Source: Nitrospinaceae bacterium
GTDB taxonomy: Bacteria; Nitrospinota; Nitrospinia; Nitrospinales; Nitrospinaceae
DNA length: 64,000 nt
Assembly: GCA_965223665.1 (NCBI GenBank)
Contig: OZ245011.1
Span: forward strand, 1,344,001-1,408,000
Direction: 5' to 3'
Each line of letters begins with the position of its first letter. The stretch's first letter is position 1. A model generated the notes under the pieces. It did not search any database, was not told the origin of the DNA, and saw only the letters and a program-made list of their open reading frames with translations. Below, piece by piece: positions 28,942 through 39,043 of this stretch. Position numbers and translations under genes: made by a program.

Positions 28942-30966
28942 TTAATTATTTATTGTAATAGCAAAAAAGAAACTTCTGGGAACTTCCGTTGGAGTTACTA
29001 AAGTTGCACTATTAGGCTCCAGAAATTCCAAATGATTAGGATCCAATAAATTCAGCGCTCCCAAGCTTAAAGATACATTTTTCAGAGGTTTCCAGCCTAA
29101 ACGAACATCCAACCGTGTATAACTCGGAATATTAAATTGATTAATGTCATCCACAAAATTCAAATAAGTATCCAATTCGAAATTCCTTGGTAAATTCATA
29201 GTTGATCTCAATTGGACCTGGAAGCTGGGATCAAGACCCTCAACGGAAGGTGCAGTTACCAATCCTGGGTCGGGAGTTAAATCCATTTCAAACCATGAAA
29301 AACCAGATTTCAAGGTCCACCAATTAAAAGGATTCCAAAAAACCGATAATTCCATCCCATAAGTATGTCCAGAAAATCCCTTTCTCGCAAATGATGTCTG
29401 TCTTACAAAGGTAGGAAAATTCGATAAGTCTAAAGGACCTAATTCAACGGATCGCACATCATCATAAAAATTCAAATATGTTGATATATCGACCAAAACA
29501 TTTTTTAAAGCTTTCCATCGATAACCCAATTCCAAAGACAGCAAATCTTCAGACACTGGATTGGGAACTCCTTGTAAAGAAATCACGGTGGGAGGTATTG
29601 TGGGTAAGAGTCCCGCTAGCAAAAATACCCGTTCTTCCACAATATTTGGGGTTCGGACTGCCCTGGAAGCTGCAAACCAAATCGTATTTTTTTTATTTGG
29701 AGTATAAACCAAACGTACGTTTGGTTGAAATTCAAAACCACTAAAAGAATTGTGCTCAAACTTTGATCCAACAATTAATTTTAAAAATTTATCCACAATT
29801 GTAATTTCATCCTGAATAAAACCGTCGATACGAAAATTAAAATCTGTCTGTGGATTTATACGTAAGTTAAAAGCATTTTTAAATTCATCAAAGGTATAGT
29901 TTTGGCCAAAACCAATGGTAACATCATGTCTCTTCAGCAATTTCCTACGATGTTGGATTTGCAAATCCAGTGTGTTGACTAGAATTTCCGGAAGAAATGG
30001 TTCCTCCCTGTGCTCCCGGTTCCAAAAAAACTGAACTTGTGTTTCAGAGTTTGGATTATGTCTCTTTACCCATCTGGCAAGAATATTTGCTCCATCAATA
30101 TCTCCCTCTGCATCAAAAGTTCTTGCCGCGGGGGGAGTTAAAGAAACAATCGTATTAGAAGTTCGAGAGCTAGATTCACCATTATAATAATCTCCCTGAA
30201 AAGTAAATTCTTCATCTTTACTTTTTTCCAGGTCAAACCGAAATCCTCCACGGAATTGATTCCAATGGTCGTTGGCTAAAGTTCCAGGTCTAGGCTCAAA
30301 ACTACCTCGATTAAAATATTTTCCATAGACTCTGTAAGTGGTATTTTCATTTAATTTCGCTCCATACCTAAATGTGGTTGAACCTTGCTCAAGGGTTCCA
30401 ATTACCCCTTTCCCATGGAACCCCTGTGTGTCCTTGGAATTTTTGGTAATAATATTAATAACTCCGTTAACTGCATTTGCACCCCATAAGGTTCCTCCTG
30501 GCCCTCTAATCACCTCAATCCGTTCAATATCCTCAAGCGGGTAATCAATTTGATCCCAGAAAACTCCTGAAAAAGTAATCGAATAAACAACCCTCCCATC
30601 TATTAAAACCAAAAGCTTGTCTGAGATTCTTTGATTAAATCCTCTTGAGGTTATCGCCCATTTGTTGGAATCAATTTGAGCCACTTGAAGCCCAGGTACC
30701 ATTCTCAATAATTCGGGGATGTTTAAAGCGGTAGAACGTCGAATATCTTCTTTTGTAATTACATAAATAGCTGCAGAGGCATCAAAAAGGTTTTGTTCCT
30801 TTTTACTCACTGAAGTTACTTTGGAAAGTTTAATCCCTTTTAATTCTGAAATTGAAAGCTTTGTTAAATCCTCTGGAATAGTTTGCTTTGGTTCTAACTC
30901 GTTAGCCCATAAATTACTTGCAAGGCAAAATAGGAAAAATACGAAGACAATTAGGTGTTTAATCAT
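28942..30966 (-). CDS. TonB-dependent outer-membrane receptor (paralog of 11690-13768)
   Basis: Signal peptide; VTSVSKK, LRMVPGLQV, RGFN, LLVLIDGR, ERIEVIRGPGGTLWGANAVNGVINIITK. Confidence 0.93.
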   Translation of the reverse strand: MIKHLIVFVFFLFCLASNLWANELEPKQTIPEDLTKLSISELKGIKLSKVTSVSKKEQNLFDASAAIYVITKEDIRRSTALNIPELLRMVPGLQVAQIDSNKWAITSRGFNQRISDKLLVLIDGRVVYSITFSGVFWDQIDYPLEDIERIEVIRGPGGTLWGANAVNGVINIITKNSKDTQGFHGKGVIGTLEQGSTTFRYGAKLNENTTYRVYGKYFNRGSFEPRPGTLANDHWNQFRGGFRFDLEKSKDEEFTFQGDYYNGESSSRTSNTIVSLTPPAARTFDAEGDIDGANILARWVKRHNPNSETQVQFFWNREHREEPFLPEILVNTLDLQIQHRRKLLKRHDVTIGFGQNYTFDEFKNAFNLRINPQTDFNFRIDGFIQDEITIVDKFLKLIVGSKFEHNSFSGFEFQPNVRLVYTPNKKNTIWFAASRAVRTPNIVEERVFLLAGLLPTIPPTVISLQGVPNPVSEDLLSLELGYRWKALKNVLVDISTYLNFYDDVRSVELGPLDLSNFPTFVRQTSFARKGFSGHTYGMELSVFWNPFNWWTLKSGFSWFEMDLTPDPGLVTAPSVEGLDPSFQVQLRSTMNLPRNFELDTYLNFVDDINQFNIPSYTRLDVRLGWKPLKNVSLSLGALNLLDPNHLEFLEPNSATLVTPTEVPRSFFFAITINN

Positions 30967-31838
30967 TGTTTGATTTCATTGAGTGCATTAATAAGTGGTT
31001 CAATTGGAGCAAAACTTAATCTTCTCAAAAAAAAGTTAAGATCTATTAAATTAAGGTAAACACTTGACGGCAATAATTTTTCAACCATCTAAAATAAATA
31101 CCCTAATTAGTTGTTTTTATTGAGTATAAATAGGTTAATGGGTGTGCCGATAAATTCAACACCTCTTAAAGATTCGAACTGTAACTTCCGGAATTTCAAT
31201 GCTTATCAGTAGCCTTTTTAAAGAAATCAGCCAAACGGAATAAGCATTGGCACCTAGTTTAAGGTAAGGAATGCTGTCCATGTATCTTTCAATAGGGGCT
31301 AAAGAATATATAAACCCTTCTGATTAAATACTTTTAGGTATTTAAAAAAATGTTTTTAAAAGAAAGAGATCCATTGTTTACTTACTTTTAACTTAGAAGT
31401 TAAAACCTCTTTGAAAAGAAATAAATCCATAAATTTCGAGTCAAATCAAATTTACCATCCAAGTTCATAGTTAAGAATAAATAGAGAAAGTTCTTAACAT
31501 CGCTTTAAGTAAAGCAATTATGAAAAATGCCCAGACTTATCTCGATTTAAGGGATTCGAAATCTAGAAATCTGTTGCGCTATTTGCTCTTAATAAGAATT
31601 GAATATTAAGACTAAACGCTAGCTTGGTTGTTTGATGCATTTAGAGTTAAATATTGGGGATCTTGAATAATTTAGAATTTAATTAATACGAGCTAAAATC
31701 CAATTTCTCATTCATTTCTGCCAAAAATAAAACTTTCAATTCTTATCCTAAGCTCTTTATAAAATTTAGTTCCTAAGAAAAATCAAACTCGAATTATTTA
31801 ATTACGAAGTTCATTCTAGATTAGGAACAAAATATGAC

Positions 31839-31867
31839 TAGACAAAAACGCTAAATAAAATTATACT
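31839..31867 (+). promoter_or_regulatory. Putative sigma70 promoter of the eCIS operon
   Basis: TAGACA (31839-31844), a 17-nt spacer and TATACT (31862-31867), 56 nt upstream of the first eCIS ATG. Confidence 0.55.
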
Positions 31868-31923
31868 TTGCCGAAATCAAACTTAGATAAATGTATATTT
31901 GAATTGTTTTTGGGGGGTTAAAA

Positions 31924-32478
31924 ATGATTCATGAAGCGGTTAACTTTGTTCAGAAGGAACTCCAGAAACAACTGGAGATTCCGGCAACGGATGTCATTGT
32001 TGGGAATATCAATGATTTAAAAGAACAAAACAATCAAAAAGGACTTTACATTTCATTAGTAAACATACAAGAAGAAGAATCTTTAAAAAACGTTCCTCAC
32101 ACTGTTCGAATAAATGGAAAACAGCATTACAAAGAACCCCCTGTCCACCTTAATATATTTCTTCTTTTTTCCTTTGCATTTGACAAATACGAAACCAGCC
32201 TCCAACGACTCTCCCAGGTAATTGAATTATTTCAAAACAAAAGAGTCTATTCAAAAACTAATGCTTCAACAGAGAATCCTTTTCCTGGAGTTTTACAAAA
32301 ATTAATCTTTGATCTTTCAAGCTTGGATTTTGAAAAGTTAAATTATTTATGGGGAATTTTAGGGGGAAGTTATTATCCCTCTGTTTTGTACAAAGTCCGA
32401 ATGATAAGGATTCAAAAAGATGAATCCTTAGCTGGACCAGAAATTACAAACATTGAAGTAAACACTGGATTGATCTAA
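31924..32478 (+). CDS. CIS cap / tail terminator (DUF4255, Pvc16/Afp16 N-terminal-like)
   Basis: ISLVNIQEE, PPVHLNIFLLFS, LSQVIELFQ, LNYLWGILGGSYYPSVLYKVRM. Confidence 0.88.
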   Translation: MIHEAVNFVQKELQKQLEIPATDVIVGNINDLKEQNNQKGLYISLVNIQEEESLKNVPHTVRINGKQHYKEPPVHLNIFLLFSFAFDKYETSLQRLSQVIELFQNKRVYSKTNASTENPFPGVLQKLIFDLSSLDFEKLNYLWGILGGSYYPSVLYKVRMIRIQKDESLAGPEITNIEVNTGLI

Positions 32479-32483
32479 TCAAA

Positions 32484-33230
32484 ATGAGTTTTATTAGACA
32501 ATATCGTCGCCTATTCAAAATTGAAGCTCGAGACAGCTCTACCAAAAAGCCTTTGGAGGCTATAAAGTTTTCCCCAACATTTGAATGTCTCGAAAATTTA
32601 CGAAATCATCATTTAGTTTCGAGAAAAAGAGAATCAGGAATTGAAATTTACTACCAACTAAACCCCGAATCTGAAGAACCAGTACTTGGAGCCATAGAAT
32701 CCCAAACTCGTTTTGGCTTTGTTCTAGAAGTTCAGGGCGATCAATTTCCATTAAAGTATAAATCGGCTTTGTCTCCGGAAATTGGAAAGCATTACTTTTT
32801 TGATAACATCAAAGGAAACGGAACCATCGAGATTAAAAAAGAAACCTCAATCACCGAAGGAAATGTTATGGGTAAAACCGACGCCATTCAAATTCATGGT
32901 TCGGTATTTCACGAATGGGTCGAAATGAAAAATAATCCTAAGAAACTCATAATTAAAGAAAGATTCAAAGATACCATTATTAAGGAAATCCCTATTCAAG
33001 CAAAAAGTTCAGTCCAAAGGACTTCTGTCAAAGTGGATCTTTCTTCTTTAGAAAAAGGAGAATATCGAATAACTACGGACGCCACTGGAGGAAAGACAAA
33101 AAATATATATATCGATGATGATCTAGCAACCGCTTCGCTTCAAGGATTGGTAAATATTTACTTAAATGAACCACAGGATAAAGTCCCAAATGAAGGGGCT
33201 CAATTTATTATAAATTTCAAACCTCTTTAG
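32484..33230 (+). CDS. CIS-associated protein, possible cap adaptor
   Basis: Lies between the DUF4255 cap and the sheath; beta-rich sequence. The function is inferred from position only. Confidence 0.55.
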   Translation: MSFIRQYRRLFKIEARDSSTKKPLEAIKFSPTFECLENLRNHHLVSRKRESGIEIYYQLNPESEEPVLGAIESQTRFGFVLEVQGDQFPLKYKSALSPEIGKHYFFDNIKGNGTIEIKKETSITEGNVMGKTDAIQIHGSVFHEWVEMKNNPKKLIIKERFKDTIIKEIPIQAKSSVQRTSVKVDLSSLEKGEYRITTDATGGKTKNIYIDDDLATASLQGLVNIYLNEPQDKVPNEGAQFIINFKPL

Positions 33231-33311
33231 ACAAGGGATTTACAATTTCAATTTTATAAAGAGAATTTAAAAAGAAATTATTTGTTGACCGTTTTAAGTA
33301 AAGGATAGTTT

Positions 33312-34781
33312 ATGGCTAATACATATAAAACCCCAGGTGTATATATCGAAGAAATATCAGTTTTTCCTCCTTCAATTGCAGCCGTGGAAACAGCCATTCC
33401 AGCTTTTATTGGATTCACAGAAAAGGCCGAGGAAAAAAATGGAAAGACTTTAACCAATATTCCCACTCGCATTACATCACTTCTTGAATATGAACAAAAC
33501 TTTGGGAAAGCTCAAAATGAAGCTCTTTCAATAGATCTTGTTCAAAAGGTAAAAAAATCAGACAATCAAATTTTAGAGGCCACTTTATCATTTAACGGAA
33601 CGCCACCATCTTTGCCAAAACATTATCTTTATTACTCCATGCAAATGTTTTTCGAAAATGGCGGTGGCCCTTGTTACATTGTATCAATTGGAAATTATAG
33701 TACAGCTTATAAGGTAGATCTGTTTACAAAAGCAATTGATATTCTAGAAAAATATGATGAACCCACTCTTTTTGTTTTCCCTGATGCCTGCTTAGGAAAA
33801 GAGGGCGATGTTGGAAACATCATTAATAAAGCCCTCGGCAGTTGCAATAAAATGCAAGACCGGTTCACTATTGCCGATGTTTATAACGCTGTTCCTGATG
33901 GAACTGACACTGCAAAGAAAGTAAATGATTTATTTAGAGACAAAACCAGTAGTGATTTGGGTTTCACCAAATATGGAGCTGCTTATTACCCTTATCTTAA
34001 AACTTCTTTAAATTTCCAGGCCAGTGACAGCGATATTAAAGTAAAAACGCATAAAACTATTTCGGTAAAGGATGACGGAAGTGAAGAAGCGCCCAAAGAT
34101 GGACCCTTAAAAGACAAAGCAATTTCAGACGAATTGATTAAAACAAAGGACACGGCAGTTTACAACGCCGTAAAAGAATATATTCGTTTAAATGCTAAGG
34201 TGGTTCTTCCTCCCAGTGGAGCAATCGCGGGGGTTTATGCTCGAACGGACAGGTTGCGAGGAGTTTGGAAAGCTCCCGCTAATACCAGCGTTTTGAGAAC
34301 GATGGGTCCAGCTATAGATATCACTAACGATTTTAACGATGGTCTGAATGTAGATCCTTCCACAGGAAAATCCGTAAACGCCATCCGAGCTTTCTCCGGA
34401 AAAGGTACTCTAGTATGGGGTGGCAGAACTTTAGCAGGTAATGACAATGAGTGGCGCTATGTAAGTGTTCGCCGGTTTTTTAATATGGTGGAAGAATCCA
34501 CTAAAAAAGCGACCAGTCAATTCGTTTTTGAAGCCAATGACGCCAATACTTGGACAAAGGTTCGAGCAATGATCGAAAATTTCTTAATTTTGCAATGGCG
34601 GGCCGGAGCTCTGGCTGGCGCAAAACCTGAGCACGCTTTTTTTGTGAAGGTCGGACTCAATCAAACAATGACAGCCGATGATATTTTAAATGGATATATG
34701 ATTGTTGAAATCGGCATGGCAGTAGTTCGCCCTGCAGAATTCATAGTACTTCGTTTTTCACATAAAATGCAGGAATCATAG
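33312..34781 (+). CDS. Contractile tail sheath protein
   Basis: YKTPGVYIEE, TAIPAFIG, FFENGGG.CYIVS, PPSGAIAGVYARTD..RGVWKAPAN, VWGGRTL, WRYVSVRR, RPAEFI. Confidence 0.97.
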   Translation: MANTYKTPGVYIEEISVFPPSIAAVETAIPAFIGFTEKAEEKNGKTLTNIPTRITSLLEYEQNFGKAQNEALSIDLVQKVKKSDNQILEATLSFNGTPPSLPKHYLYYSMQMFFENGGGPCYIVSIGNYSTAYKVDLFTKAIDILEKYDEPTLFVFPDACLGKEGDVGNIINKALGSCNKMQDRFTIADVYNAVPDGTDTAKKVNDLFRDKTSSDLGFTKYGAAYYPYLKTSLNFQASDSDIKVKTHKTISVKDDGSEEAPKDGPLKDKAISDELIKTKDTAVYNAVKEYIRLNAKVVLPPSGAIAGVYARTDRLRGVWKAPANTSVLRTMGPAIDITNDFNDGLNVDPSTGKSVNAIRAFSGKGTLVWGGRTLAGNDNEWRYVSVRRFFNMVEESTKKATSQFVFEANDANTWTKVRAMIENFLILQWRAGALAGAKPEHAFFVKVGLNQTMTADDILNGYMIVEIGMAVVRPAEFIVLRFSHKMQES

Positions 34782-34835
34782 TTCAAATAAATTTAAACAA
34801 TATTTCATTCATCAATACTTTTAAGGAAAAGAATC

Positions 34836-35270
34836 ATGGCAGAACAATATCCCCTCCCAAAATATCACTTTTCTGTGGATTGGGGCGGAACCAAAATATC
34901 ATTTACTGAAGTTTCTGGATTAGATGTGGAAACGGAAATAATTGAATATCGTGATGGTGCCAGTCCTCAATTCAGCAAACTAAAAATGCCTGGAATGCAA
35001 AAATACAGCAACGTGACATTGAAACGTGGAGTCTTCCAATCAGACAACGAATACTATGATTGGTGGAATACTGTGAACCTGAATACTATCGAACGACGCG
35101 ATGTAATTATTAGTCTTCTTAATGAAAATCATGAACCTGTTTCAGTCTGGAAATTGAATAACGCTTGGCCCTCCAAAATTCAATCCACTGATTTGAAAGC
35201 AGATGGAAATGAGGTGGCTATCGAATCTATGGAATTGGTTCACGAGGGATTGTCCATAAGCATGGAGTAG
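34836..35270 (+). CDS. Tail tube protein (T4 gp19-like; Afp1/Pvc1)
   Basis: YPLPKYHFSV, FTEVSGL, EYRDG, KMPG..KYSNVTLKRG, W.L.NAWP, EVAIESMELVHEG. Confidence 0.95.
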   Translation: MAEQYPLPKYHFSVDWGGTKISFTEVSGLDVETEIIEYRDGASPQFSKLKMPGMQKYSNVTLKRGVFQSDNEYYDWWNTVNLNTIERRDVIISLLNENHEPVSVWKLNNAWPSKIQSTDLKADGNEVAIESMELVHEGLSISME

Positions 35271-35274
35271 TTTT

Positions 35275-35709
35275 ATGTATTATCCTCCAGTGGGTTTTCA
35301 TTTTAAGGTCGAGTTTGATATTCCAGGAATCGCTAACAATGATTTCAGGTTCCGAGAGGTATCCGGAATCTCTCTCGAATTGGAAGAGGAAGCTGTAAAT
35401 GAAGGTGGTGAAAACCGATTTGTTCATAAACTTCCTAGCAGGGCTCGCTATCCGGACCTGGTTCTCAAGCGAGGAATGCTAACAGACTCTACTGTACAAA
35501 AGTGGTGCCGTGAAGCCATTCAAAATCATGACATCCAACCGGCCACCGTTTGGGTCACTTTGTTAAATGAGGAACATACTCCCTTAAAAACGTATTCCTT
35601 TAACAACGCCTGGCCAAAAAAATGGTCCATCAGTGACTTTAATGCGGAAAGCAGTGATCTTATTGTAGAGACATTGGAGTTGGCGTATCAATATTATTCA
35701 ATGGAGTAA
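35275..35709 (+). CDS. Second tube-like protein (Afp5/Pvc5)
   Basis: YPPVGFHFKV, FREVSGI, EGGENRFVHKLP, LVLKRG, NAWPKKW, ETLELAY. Confidence 0.93.
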   Translation: MYYPPVGFHFKVEFDIPGIANNDFRFREVSGISLELEEEAVNEGGENRFVHKLPSRARYPDLVLKRGMLTDSTVQKWCREAIQNHDIQPATVWVTLLNEEHTPLKTYSFNNAWPKKWSISDFNAESSDLIVETLELAYQYYSME

Positions 35710-35712
35710 TCC

Positions 35713-35883
35713 GTGACTATTATTATTCATGAATTAGTTATTAAAAGTAAAGTGGGTAAGGATTCGAGGGGAGAACCTCAACCCTCCGAAAGAAGAAAAC
35801 CCCTGGCACTTGAAAAAAAAGAAATCATTCAAGAGTGTGTTGAAGAAGTTTTAAAAATTATTGAACAGAAAGAAGAACGATGA
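35713..35883 (+). CDS. Small CIS plug-like protein (DUF5908/Afp6-like), 56 aa; missing from the ORF track
   Basis: GTG start; my translation is MTIIIHELVIKSKVGKDSRGEPQPSERRKPLALEKKEIIQECVEEVLKIIEQKEER*. The stop overlaps the next ATG (ATGA). The I.ELVIK and II.ECVEEVL pattern fits this family. Confidence 0.8.
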   Translation: MTIIIHELVIKSKVGKDSRGEPQPSERRKPLALEKKEIIQECVEEVLKIIEQKEER

Positions 35884-36572
35884 TACCGCTACCTTCCGTT
35901 GATGGGGTCCTGGATAAAGTAAAAATAATTCCGTTTGAAAATCCGGAAACATTCCAAATGGGATTCCCTATTGGTCCTCCCTTTATTGCTCAATTCAATC
36001 CTGAATCTTTCAGCATTGACACCCAATACGATTGGGGCCCAGAGGAAACCACTCACGGAGATAAAGGGGGAGAAGCTAAATTTAAGTCGGTCAATCAAAG
36101 AACTTTTAGCATGGATTTTTTGTTAGATGGAACAGGAGCCAGCGGTTTTCCAATGGAAGTGAAAGTAGGTTTGAAGCTATTTGAAGCCACAGTTCAATTT
36201 TCTGGAAACCTTCATCGACCCAATTATTTAGTTGTTCATTGGGGTTTATTTTTGGTCACCTGTGTTTTAGAGAGTTATACGGTCAACTACAAGTTATTTC
36301 GGCCCGACGGAAGTCCATTGAGAGCCGTCATCTCTGCATCCTTTAAAGAACACATCGCAAATGAAAAAAATGAACTGATTAAGAATTTGCTTTCCCCTGA
36401 TCTAACTCATTTTCATTCAGTAAACGATGGAGAGCATTTGACTTGGCTTTCGCAAAAAACTTACAAGAATCCAAATTATTATTACCAAATTGCAGAGTCG
36501 AATAATCTAAACAATTTAAGGCAATTGAAAACTGGGCAAGAATTATTGCTTTATCCTATTGCGGACAAATAA
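35880..36572 (+). CDS. CIS tube-initiator protein with C-terminal LysM-like domain (Afp7/Pvc7)
   Basis: QFNPESFS, LLDGTG, HRPNYL.V.WG, YKLFRPDGSPLRA, and V.DGEHL..LS...Y.NPNYY..IA..NNL. Confidence 0.9.
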   Translation: MIPLPSVDGVLDKVKIIPFENPETFQMGFPIGPPFIAQFNPESFSIDTQYDWGPEETTHGDKGGEAKFKSVNQRTFSMDFLLDGTGASGFPMEVKVGLKLFEATVQFSGNLHRPNYLVVHWGLFLVTCVLESYTVNYKLFRPDGSPLRAVISASFKEHIANEKNELIKNLLSPDLTHFHSVNDGEHLTWLSQKTYKNPNYYYQIAESNNLNNLRQLKTGQELLLYPIADK

Positions 36573-38326
36573 TGGCATTAAACCTGGGAGCACTTATAGA
36601 TAATCGAGCTACCGACCTTACAACCTTTACTGTCAAGGTCAACGGGGAACCTTTACCTGGAATCTATAAAGTTAAATGGATTGATATCTTTAAGGCCTTA
36701 AATAAAGTTTCTCATGCTGAAATAACCATTCTAGACGGAGATCCCACTGGACAGGAATTTGCTCTCAGCAATGAAGATTTATTAATACCTGGAAATGAGA
36801 TTGAAGTATTTGGAGGGTACTCCAATGAAGAGGATCTCATTTTTAAAGGTGTAATAGTTAATCAAAAAATTTCAATGAAAAAAGAGGGTGACAGTATCGT
36901 TTGCATTCATTGCAAGGACGCATCCTACAAAATGACTTTAGTCCGCCGTTCAAATTACTACAAAGAGTTGTCAAACAGTCAACTGATTGAGGAACTCGTA
37001 GGTAGATACTCTGGTTTATCTACTCTTGCAGAACCCACCCAAACAATCTTTCCAGAAATCGTTCAATACCAAGTTTCCGATTGGGACTTGATGGTTTCTC
37101 GCGCAGAAAAATCCAGTATGGTTTGCTTAGCATCGGATGGAGAGATCAAAGTATTTAAACCTTCTATCAGTCAAACTCCGATAACAACTCTCACTTATGG
37201 AAGAAATATGTTTGACTTCAATATGGAGATGGATGCGCGCTTACAGTATGGAGACATAAAAGCAAGCAGTTGGGACTTGGGTGATCAAGCTCCCTTAGTA
37301 GCTGAAATATCAGATGTAGACATTCCCCCGCATGGCAACATAAGTGGTCCTGAATTAGCCAGCGTTAGTGAAAGTCCTTCTCTTGAATTGAAACATAGCG
37401 GACGTTTAAGCCAAGAACAATTAGATAGTTGGGCTGAATCCCAAATGATCAAATCACGGTTTTCTAGAATTCGAGGAACGGTTCAATTTCAAGGTACCGC
37501 TGAAATTAGACCGGGTGATTTAGTAGAACTTGATGGGCTGGGAGATCGTTTTAATGGAACTTCATTTGTTTCTGGAGTTCGCCATTCATTGGGCAAGGGA
37601 GATTGGGTTACCTCCGTACAGGTTGGCTTGGACCCTAACTGGCATCAGCAAAATTTTCCGGTAGACCCCATGCCAGGTTCAGGACTCAATACTTCCATAA
37701 CCGGTTTACAAATAGGTGTAGTCACGCAAATAGAAGGCGATCCTGATAGCGAAGAAAGAATATTAGTACGTCTTCCTCTTATCAGTTCCGAAGAAGATGG
37801 AATTTGGTCCAGAATTGCCACCTTAGAAGCTGGAGAAAATCGTGGATTTGTTTTTCGTCCGGAAATTGGAGATGAAGTGATTGTAGGATTTATTGAAGGA
37901 GATCCTCATCAAGCAATTGTATTAGGTGGGTTACATAGTAGTAATAAACCATCTCCTATTGAGGCAAAAGATGACAACCACATTAAAGGATGGGTTACTC
38001 GGAGCGAAATGAAAGTTACTTTTAATGATGAAGATATCAGCCTAACCATTGAAACCCCCAATGGAAATAAAATTGAATTGAGTGATAAAGATGGAAGTAT
38101 TGCTATCAAGGATGAAAACGGGAATTCCATCACCTTAAACTCAGACGGCATTGCATTAGAGTCTGCCAAAGATATTATTTTAAAAGCCCTAAACGATGTC
38201 TCAATAGAAGGGGTAAATAGCACCCTCAAAGCTCAGGCCAATTTGACCGCGGAAGGCAACGCTGGAGCAGCGCTGAAAAGCGGAGGAAGTGTTGAGGTTA
38301 AGGGATCAATAGTTCAAATAAATTAA
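36572..38326 (+). CDS. VgrG/gp27-gp5-like spike (Afp8/Pvc8)
   Basis: VQYQVSDWD, GLGDRFNG, GLQIGVV, FRPEIGDEVIVGF..GDP...IVLGGL, and a C-terminal beta-helix repeat region. Confidence 0.93.
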   Translation: MALNLGALIDNRATDLTTFTVKVNGEPLPGIYKVKWIDIFKALNKVSHAEITILDGDPTGQEFALSNEDLLIPGNEIEVFGGYSNEEDLIFKGVIVNQKISMKKEGDSIVCIHCKDASYKMTLVRRSNYYKELSNSQLIEELVGRYSGLSTLAEPTQTIFPEIVQYQVSDWDLMVSRAEKSSMVCLASDGEIKVFKPSISQTPITTLTYGRNMFDFNMEMDARLQYGDIKASSWDLGDQAPLVAEISDVDIPPHGNISGPELASVSESPSLELKHSGRLSQEQLDSWAESQMIKSRFSRIRGTVQFQGTAEIRPGDLVELDGLGDRFNGTSFVSGVRHSLGKGDWVTSVQVGLDPNWHQQNFPVDPMPGSGLNTSITGLQIGVVTQIEGDPDSEERILVRLPLISSEEDGIWSRIATLEAGENRGFVFRPEIGDEVIVGFIEGDPHQAIVLGGLHSSNKPSPIEAKDDNHIKGWVTRSEMKVTFNDEDISLTIETPNGNKIELSDKDGSIAIKDENGNSITLNSDGIALESAKDIILKALNDVSIEGVNSTLKAQANLTAEGNAGAALKSGGSVEVKGSIVQIN

Positions 38327-38339
38327 TGGTTCAAAAGAG

Positions 38340-38633
38340 ATGAAACCCGCCGCAAGAATAAATGATATGCATACTTGCCCTATGGTAAACCCGGGAGGAG
38401 TTCCTCATGTGGGTGGCCCAATTATTCCCCCTGGAAGTCCAACAGTATTGATCGGTGGACAACCCGCTGCGCGAGTTGGAGATATTGCCACTTGCGTCGG
38501 CCCACCGGACACAATTGCTTCGGGTTCATCCACTGTGATGATCGGTGGACAACCGGCTGCACGCATGGGAGATTCTACGGCTCATGGCGGTGTAATCGTT
38601 TTAGGAAATCCAACTGTTCTGATTGGAGGGTAA
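38340..38633 (+). CDS. PAAR spike-tip protein (Afp10)
   Basis: Three PAAR motifs. Confidence 0.97.
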   Translation: MKPAARINDMHTCPMVNPGGVPHVGGPIIPPGSPTVLIGGQPAARVGDIATCVGPPDTIASGSSTVMIGGQPAARMGDSTAHGGVIVLGNPTVLIGG

Positions 38634-38635
38634 AA

Positions 38636-39040
38636 ATGCCAACTGAAAATTCTTTTATTGGAAGAGGTTGGAGCTTTCCTCCAAGTTTCAATAGGGCGAG
38701 TGCCCGGGTAGAAATGACAGAAGGTATCGACGATATCCACAAAAGTTTAGAAATTATATTCAACACTTCCTTGGGTGAGAGAATCATGAATCCCAAGTTT
38801 GGGTGCTCTCTCAAGGATATGGTTTTTGAACCTATTAATACTTCTGTTATAGGTTATATTCAAAACTTAATTGAAACAGCAATACTATACCATGAGCCCA
38901 GAATTGATGCCGAAAACGTAAATGTGGAGTTTGATTCGAACGAAGGAGCTTTGCGAATTAAAATCGACTACAAAGTTCGTGGAAGTAATTCTCGCTTCAA
39001 CTTTGTTTACCCATTTTATATTCGAGAAGCCACAGGTTAA
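38636..39040 (+). CDS. gp25/GPW-like baseplate protein (Afp9); start revised to the ATG at 38636
   Basis: FIGRGWSFPP.F, SL.II..T..GERIM.P.FGC, HEPRI, NSRFNFVYPFY; GGAGG RBS within the end of the PAAR gene. Confidence 0.93.
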   Translation: MPTENSFIGRGWSFPPSFNRASARVEMTEGIDDIHKSLEIIFNTSLGERIMNPKFGCSLKDMVFEPINTSVIGYIQNLIETAILYHEPRIDAENVNVEFDSNEGALRIKIDYKVRGSNSRFNFVYPFYIREATG

Positions 39041-39043
39041 CTA

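Noticed and set aside
38375-38635. 87-aa N-terminal extension of the gp25 ORF given in the track
   Set aside because: It overlaps the PAAR gene out of frame; the ATG at 38636 has a GGAGG RBS and begins the recognisable gp25 sequence.
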